A stretch of 10,937 nt of DNA from positions 1 through 10,937 of the forward strand of contig CAXGWI010000119.1 in NCBI GenBank assembly GCA_964013405.1, written 5' to 3'. Each line of letters opens with the position of its first letter. The stretch's first letter is position 1. The DNA is from an uncultured Myxococcales bacterium. GTDB taxonomy: Bacteria > Myxococcota > UBA4151. This document shows, piece after piece, positions 7,341-10,937 of the stretch. The notes under the pieces were generated by a model. That model was not told where the DNA came from and ran no database searches. It worked only from the letters and a program-made list of their open reading frames with translations. The position numbers and the translations under genes are program-made.

Positions 7341-8518
7341 ATCTGGACTACGAAGCCTTTCGCGCCCGATTACCCTCCGACCTTTTGCCCCACTGCGATC
7401 CGTCTCGGCCGGGCCCCCAGCGTCTGCTGGCAGCACGGGGCCTCCTTCCCCTCGGTACGACCGGACAGTTGTCGGTGCTGGTTGCCCTCATGGGCGACAA
7501 TGATGCCCCGGTTCGAGAAGCAGCGGAACGGACACTAAACGACATGCCAGCACCGATGCTGTTGCCGGTGATTCGAAACCCAGCAACGCCGGACTGGCTT
7601 TTAGAGGGCTTGGGCTCAGCGGTTGCTGATCGAGCCGATTTACTGGCTGAGTTGCTTTCCAACCGTAAAACGCCAGCGTCAGTCCATATTTGGGTTTCCG
7701 GTGCGCACTCGGCCCAGGTTGTCCACGAACGTCTCTGCAATGACTTGGAGCGCCTCCAGAAGCATCCAGAGATCGTTGAAGGTTTATGGCAGAACCCGAA
7801 CGTTGACCGGTATATCCTTCGCCCACCCATCGAGTTTCTCGTTCGCCAGGGCATTGTAATTGAATCGATCCCGCTCTCTCGGGAGATCTTCAACAACCTC
7901 TCGGCTAAGGAGCTTGAAGAAGTCGTCGCTGAGGTTGAAATGCCTGCGGAGATCGATGCCTTCTTGGAGGTGCAACCCGAGCCAGAAACAGAAGAGGGTG
8001 AAGACGAAAGCGAAGAGGCAGCCGAGGCGGAGCCGGAGGAGCCCGACGATCCGAACATCGAATACAAGCTCATCTATGACGATGAAGGCAATGTTATTGG
8101 CCGGGAAGAGAAGCGGAAGAATCTGCTCCAACTCATCCGAGAGATGACGCCATCGCAGAAGATCGCATTGGCCCTTAAAGGCAATAAAGAAGCCCGTGGC
8201 TACCTGATCGAAGACTCAAATAAGCTGGTGGCGACAGCGACGATTAAGTCCCCACGAATTACACTGCCTGAAGTGGTGAAAGCGGCCGGGAGCCGCTCGG
8301 TTCATAGTGAGGTTTTACGGGTGATCTGCGGCAACCGAGAGTGGATGAAGCAGTACAAGATTCGGGTGGCAGTCGTGAACAATCCGCGCACGCCAATCGG
8401 ACGATCGATGCCGCTTCTAAAGACGATGAAGCAGCGAGACCTGAAGGCTCTGATGCGCAATACAGGCGTGCCCTCGGGACTGCGCGGGGCAGCGAAGCGC
8501 ATGCTCCGGTCGGGTTAA
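7337..8518 (+). CDS. Conserved hypothetical protein with HEAT/LRV-like helical repeats and a central acidic linker
   Basis: 393 aa, ATGA overlap with pcnB and GAGGAG at 7320-7325. Recurrent NPxTP-like turns (NPATP, NRKTP, NPNV, SPRIT, NPRTP). The N-terminal RLLAARGLLPL and C-terminal QKIALALKGNKEAR...DSNKLVA...NREW...Y...NNPRTP blocks resemble an uncharacterised Deltaproteobacteria/Acidobacteria family (from memory, not searched). Confidence 0.85.
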   Translation: MNLDYEAFRARLPSDLLPHCDPSRPGPQRLLAARGLLPLGTTGQLSVLVALMGDNDAPVREAAERTLNDMPAPMLLPVIRNPATPDWLLEGLGSAVADRADLLAELLSNRKTPASVHIWVSGAHSAQVVHERLCNDLERLQKHPEIVEGLWQNPNVDRYILRPPIEFLVRQGIVIESIPLSREIFNNLSAKELEEVVAEVEMPAEIDAFLEVQPEPETEEGEDESEEAAEAEPEEPDDPNIEYKLIYDDEGNVIGREEKRKNLLQLIREMTPSQKIALALKGNKEARGYLIEDSNKLVATATIKSPRITLPEVVKAAGSRSVHSEVLRVICGNREWMKQYKIRVAVVNNPRTPIGRSMPLLKTMKQRDLKALMRNTGVPSGLRGAAKRMLRSG

Positions 8519-8524
8519 GTTGAG

Positions 8525-10936
8525 CTATCGGCCTCGAAGTAAGCGCCGAGCTTCTTTACTGACCTTACTGTTCGCAGCGTGCGTGCAGATCGCCATTTCC
8601 AGTTTGTGGCGAACCGAAGCGAGGCTGGCCCCTCGCTGAATTTCGTCCCGGGCTTCGGCTAACTCACTGGCACCGTGATTTTCGACCACACGAAAGCCGT
8701 TGGTGAGGCCCGGAATGCTACGATTGAAGCGAGCTGCTTGATCCAGGCTCTTGCGGGCGTCGCAAGCGCGCCCCGCCCGGCCGTGTTGCTGGGCCTCGGC
8801 CTGGAAGGCCTTCGCTCGGAGCGTTCGGAGTTTATTTCGGGCGCCGGAAGCGGTGGGGCTGATCTGCTTGAGTAGATTCAGTGCTCGGGATGTTTGTGTC
8901 AGGGCCCGCACATGATCCCGCCGCTGAACAGCGGTCTCTGCGAGCCCCAGCAGTTCCCTGAGTTCGGCGATGTTGCCTTCGAGCCGAGCAGCCTCCTTCA
9001 CCCCACTGGAGGCCAGGTCCCGATTGATTCGGAAGGCTTCTTCGATCTGGCCGGCTCGGAGGGCTCGGTGAACCCGATTGAGTGGTCCGGCTGGCAGGCT
9101 ATTCTGTCGTTTCGGCGTCCGTGGTTTGGCCTTCGCAGCTGCCGGGAGTTTCGCCTCAAGTGAATTGAGCGTTTCTGGGTCCACGCCGGAATCTTTCAAG
9201 GTCGCCAAAAGGCGACGGGCCTCTTCGAATTTCTTCTTTTCGATCAATTCCTCGATCGCTTTTGTTTGGCCCTTGGATCGGACTCGGGCCATGGCATTCA
9301 TTAAGGCCTTTCTCTTGGGCTCGAGTTGCTCCTCGACATCCAGCGAGACGAGCAGGGCGGATGCGCGCTCAAGGTTACCCTGTTTCATCAACTTTTCGGC
9401 ATCTTCCAATTGACTCTCTTGGTGAACTAGGGTGGCGAGTTGGTCCTGGTAGCGATTCAGCATCGGATGGTTCGGATCTTGGATGCCGGCCATCTTGACT
9501 GCGGTTTTCGCCTCCTTGAACTTTCCTTCTTTAAAGAAACCGACACCTTCCATGAGCTTGGCGTCTGCTTTATTGAGGCGGGTTTGAGTTGCCGCCGTCT
9601 TTCGGTGGAGGATCACCTGGGTCGTGAGGCCAACAATAAAAATGAGGCAGCCTACAGCGAAGGGGATCCAGTCTTTGAGCCGCTGACGGGGGTGCAAGGC
9701 GTTCACACCTTGTCCATTCGTCGTTGAGAATCCCGCAGAGTTCGGCATCAGCGTAGGGCCCGAAGCAGAGGCATTGCCCGACGGGGCGGCCCCGTCGTCC
9801 TGTGCCACGGCCCCGGGATTGGTTTGATCATCACCGGGGAGGCTGAAGCTTACCTTGAGGCCGAGCCGGAGTCGGTCCCCTGGTTTGAGCTCGGCGGCGC
9901 CGACGAGGCGTTCATCATTGATGTAGGTCCCGTTGCCACTGCCGAGATCAGTGACCCAAATCCGGCTTCCCCGAAGTTCCAGTTGGCAATGTTTTCGACT
10001 GAGCGTGCTCTCCAGGATGGTGACATCTGCTGCTTGCCCACGACCCAGAACGATCGGTTCTGCTTTGACGTGCACTGGGGCGACACTTCCATCGTCACAG
10101 ATGAGCGTAAGGCCCATCTCTTCATCCGTTGCTTCTGGTTCTGGTTCGAGGAGGATGACATCACCGGTCTCTGGACTGTCCGGAGTCGGCAGCATCGCGG
10201 TTTCTTCCGCCTTCAGCGTCTTTCGGTCGCTGGGGGTGAGTTGCTTGACTGAACTCTCAGCCCAAAGGTCGGCGTTTTCATCGGCCGCGCCCAATTGGGG
10301 GCGAGTGGGGTGACTGGGCTCCGACTCAGCCGAATCTTCGCTCAGGCTCGCATCACGGGTCAGGTTCGTCGCCAAGCCAGGGCGAGTTGGCTCTAGACTA
10401 CTGCCTGTGGCCTCGGCGGCCGGTGACGTTTGTTCGCCACTGCCTTCAACCGGCTCCCGCTCTTCGGTTGCACTGTCCGTAAAGTTGCTACTTCGCTCAT
10501 TCGCCTCATCGGCGGGCACTGGGCTCAGGTTTCGTGTGGAGAGATCCGAGGGTGCGGGGTCGTCAGCGGGCGGCGTCGTTGATTCGGGCGTCTGGATGGC
10601 TCGGAGGCTGCCATCGGCGTTGGATGGAAAGTCTTCCGAGTTCGTGGCGACGGCTTCGACAGCGGGTGCCGTGTCTGGGCTGGAGGGTGTGTCTGGGGAG
10701 AAGCCGCCACTGGGGTCCGGGCCGACGCCTGTCGGCTCCTGAGCCTCCGACTTAGGGTCTGGTTCTGGCTCGGAATCGCCCTCTGGTGGGTCCTCGTCAG
10801 GACCTTCTTCGGCCTTCGGACCCGATGACTCGTCCTCGTGACCGGCTAAGCCTGGCGGTGGCGGCGGGACCATGGGTAGGTCTTCTTCGCTGACGGCAGC
10901 GCCTCCATCGGTTCCCTCTGGGGGGGGGGGGGGGGG
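8525..10936 (-). CDS. 5'-truncated FHA-domain membrane protein (disordered acidic N-terminus, FHA, TM helix, TPR-like helical region)
   Basis: The frame stays open upstream of ATG 10873 to the window edge (PPPPPPEGTDGGAAVSEEDLP-M). FHA motifs LGRG, LSRKH, DLGSGNGTYIN and LKPGDRLRLG lie at about 9839-10114. TM helix WIPFAVGCLIFIVGLTTQVIL lies at 9608-9670. TPR-like EGVGFFKEGKFKEAK...QDPNH follows. Stop TAG at 8525-8527. Confidence 0.9.
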   Translation of the reverse strand, partial: PPPPPPEGTDGGAAVSEEDLPMVPPPPPGLAGHEDESSGPKAEEGPDEDPPEGDSEPEPDPKSEAQEPTGVGPDPSGGFSPDTPSSPDTAPAVEAVATNSEDFPSNADGSLRAIQTPESTTPPADDPAPSDLSTRNLSPVPADEANERSSNFTDSATEEREPVEGSGEQTSPAAEATGSSLEPTRPGLATNLTRDASLSEDSAESEPSHPTRPQLGAADENADLWAESSVKQLTPSDRKTLKAEETAMLPTPDSPETGDVILLEPEPEATDEEMGLTLICDDGSVAPVHVKAEPIVLGRGQAADVTILESTLSRKHCQLELRGSRIWVTDLGSGNGTYINDERLVGAAELKPGDRLRLGLKVSFSLPGDDQTNPGAVAQDDGAAPSGNASASGPTLMPNSAGFSTTNGQGVNALHPRQRLKDWIPFAVGCLIFIVGLTTQVILHRKTAATQTRLNKADAKLMEGVGFFKEGKFKEAKTAVKMAGIQDPNHPMLNRYQDQLATLVHQESQLEDAEKLMKQGNLERASALLVSLDVEEQLEPKRKALMNAMARVRSKGQTKAIEELIEKKKFEEARRLLATLKDSGVDPETLNSLEAKLPAAAKAKPRTPKRQNSLPAGPLNRVHRALRAGQIEEAFRINRDLASSGVKEAARLEGNIAELRELLGLAETAVQRRDHVRALTQTSRALNLLKQISPTASGARNKLRTLRAKAFQAEAQQHGRAGRACDARKSLDQAARFNRSIPGLTNGFRVVENHGASELAEARDEIQRGASLASVRHKLEMAICTHAANSKVSKEARRLLRGR

Positions 10937-10937
10937 G
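10920..10937 (+). repeat. G18 homopolymer at the window end
   Basis: 18 consecutive G. On the - strand it reads in frame as poly-Pro (CCC codons) of the FHA gene. It may be a sequencing or assembly artefact. Confidence 0.8.

Noticed and set aside
7348..8073. 241-aa Ser-rich antisense ORF
   Set aside because: It mirrors the Glu/Asp-rich sense gene codon for codon, and I see no independent signal for it.
10871..10873. ATG at 10873 as the start of the FHA gene
   Set aside because: The frame is open upstream to the window edge with similar Pro/acidic composition and there is no convincing RBS, so the gene is more likely truncated by the window.

Overview
A GC-rich bacterial window, almost entirely coding. 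Gene content suggests Myxococcota/Deltaproteobacteria (inference). The + strand carries one tightly overlapped eight-gene run: a 5'-truncated RomR-like protein whose linker is encoded by a 15-bp tandem repeat (AEALP x16), valS, nadC, birA without an HTH domain, an orphan probably exported protein, coaX, pcnB, and a conserved helical-repeat hypothetical protein. On the - strand a 5'-truncated membrane protein (disordered acidic region, FHA domain, TM helix, TPR-like region) converges on this run with a 6-bp gap. Both window ends fall in low-complexity sequence (tandem repeat; G18), which suggests a whole contig broken at repeats. I found no RNA genes, CRISPR arrays or mobile elements. The region is mostly housekeeping and I cannot support a clearly new system. 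The best leads are the RomR/PopZ-like scaffold with a VNTR linker, the orphan inserted between birA and coaX, the conserved unknown gene after pcnB, and the FHA-TM-TPR protein.
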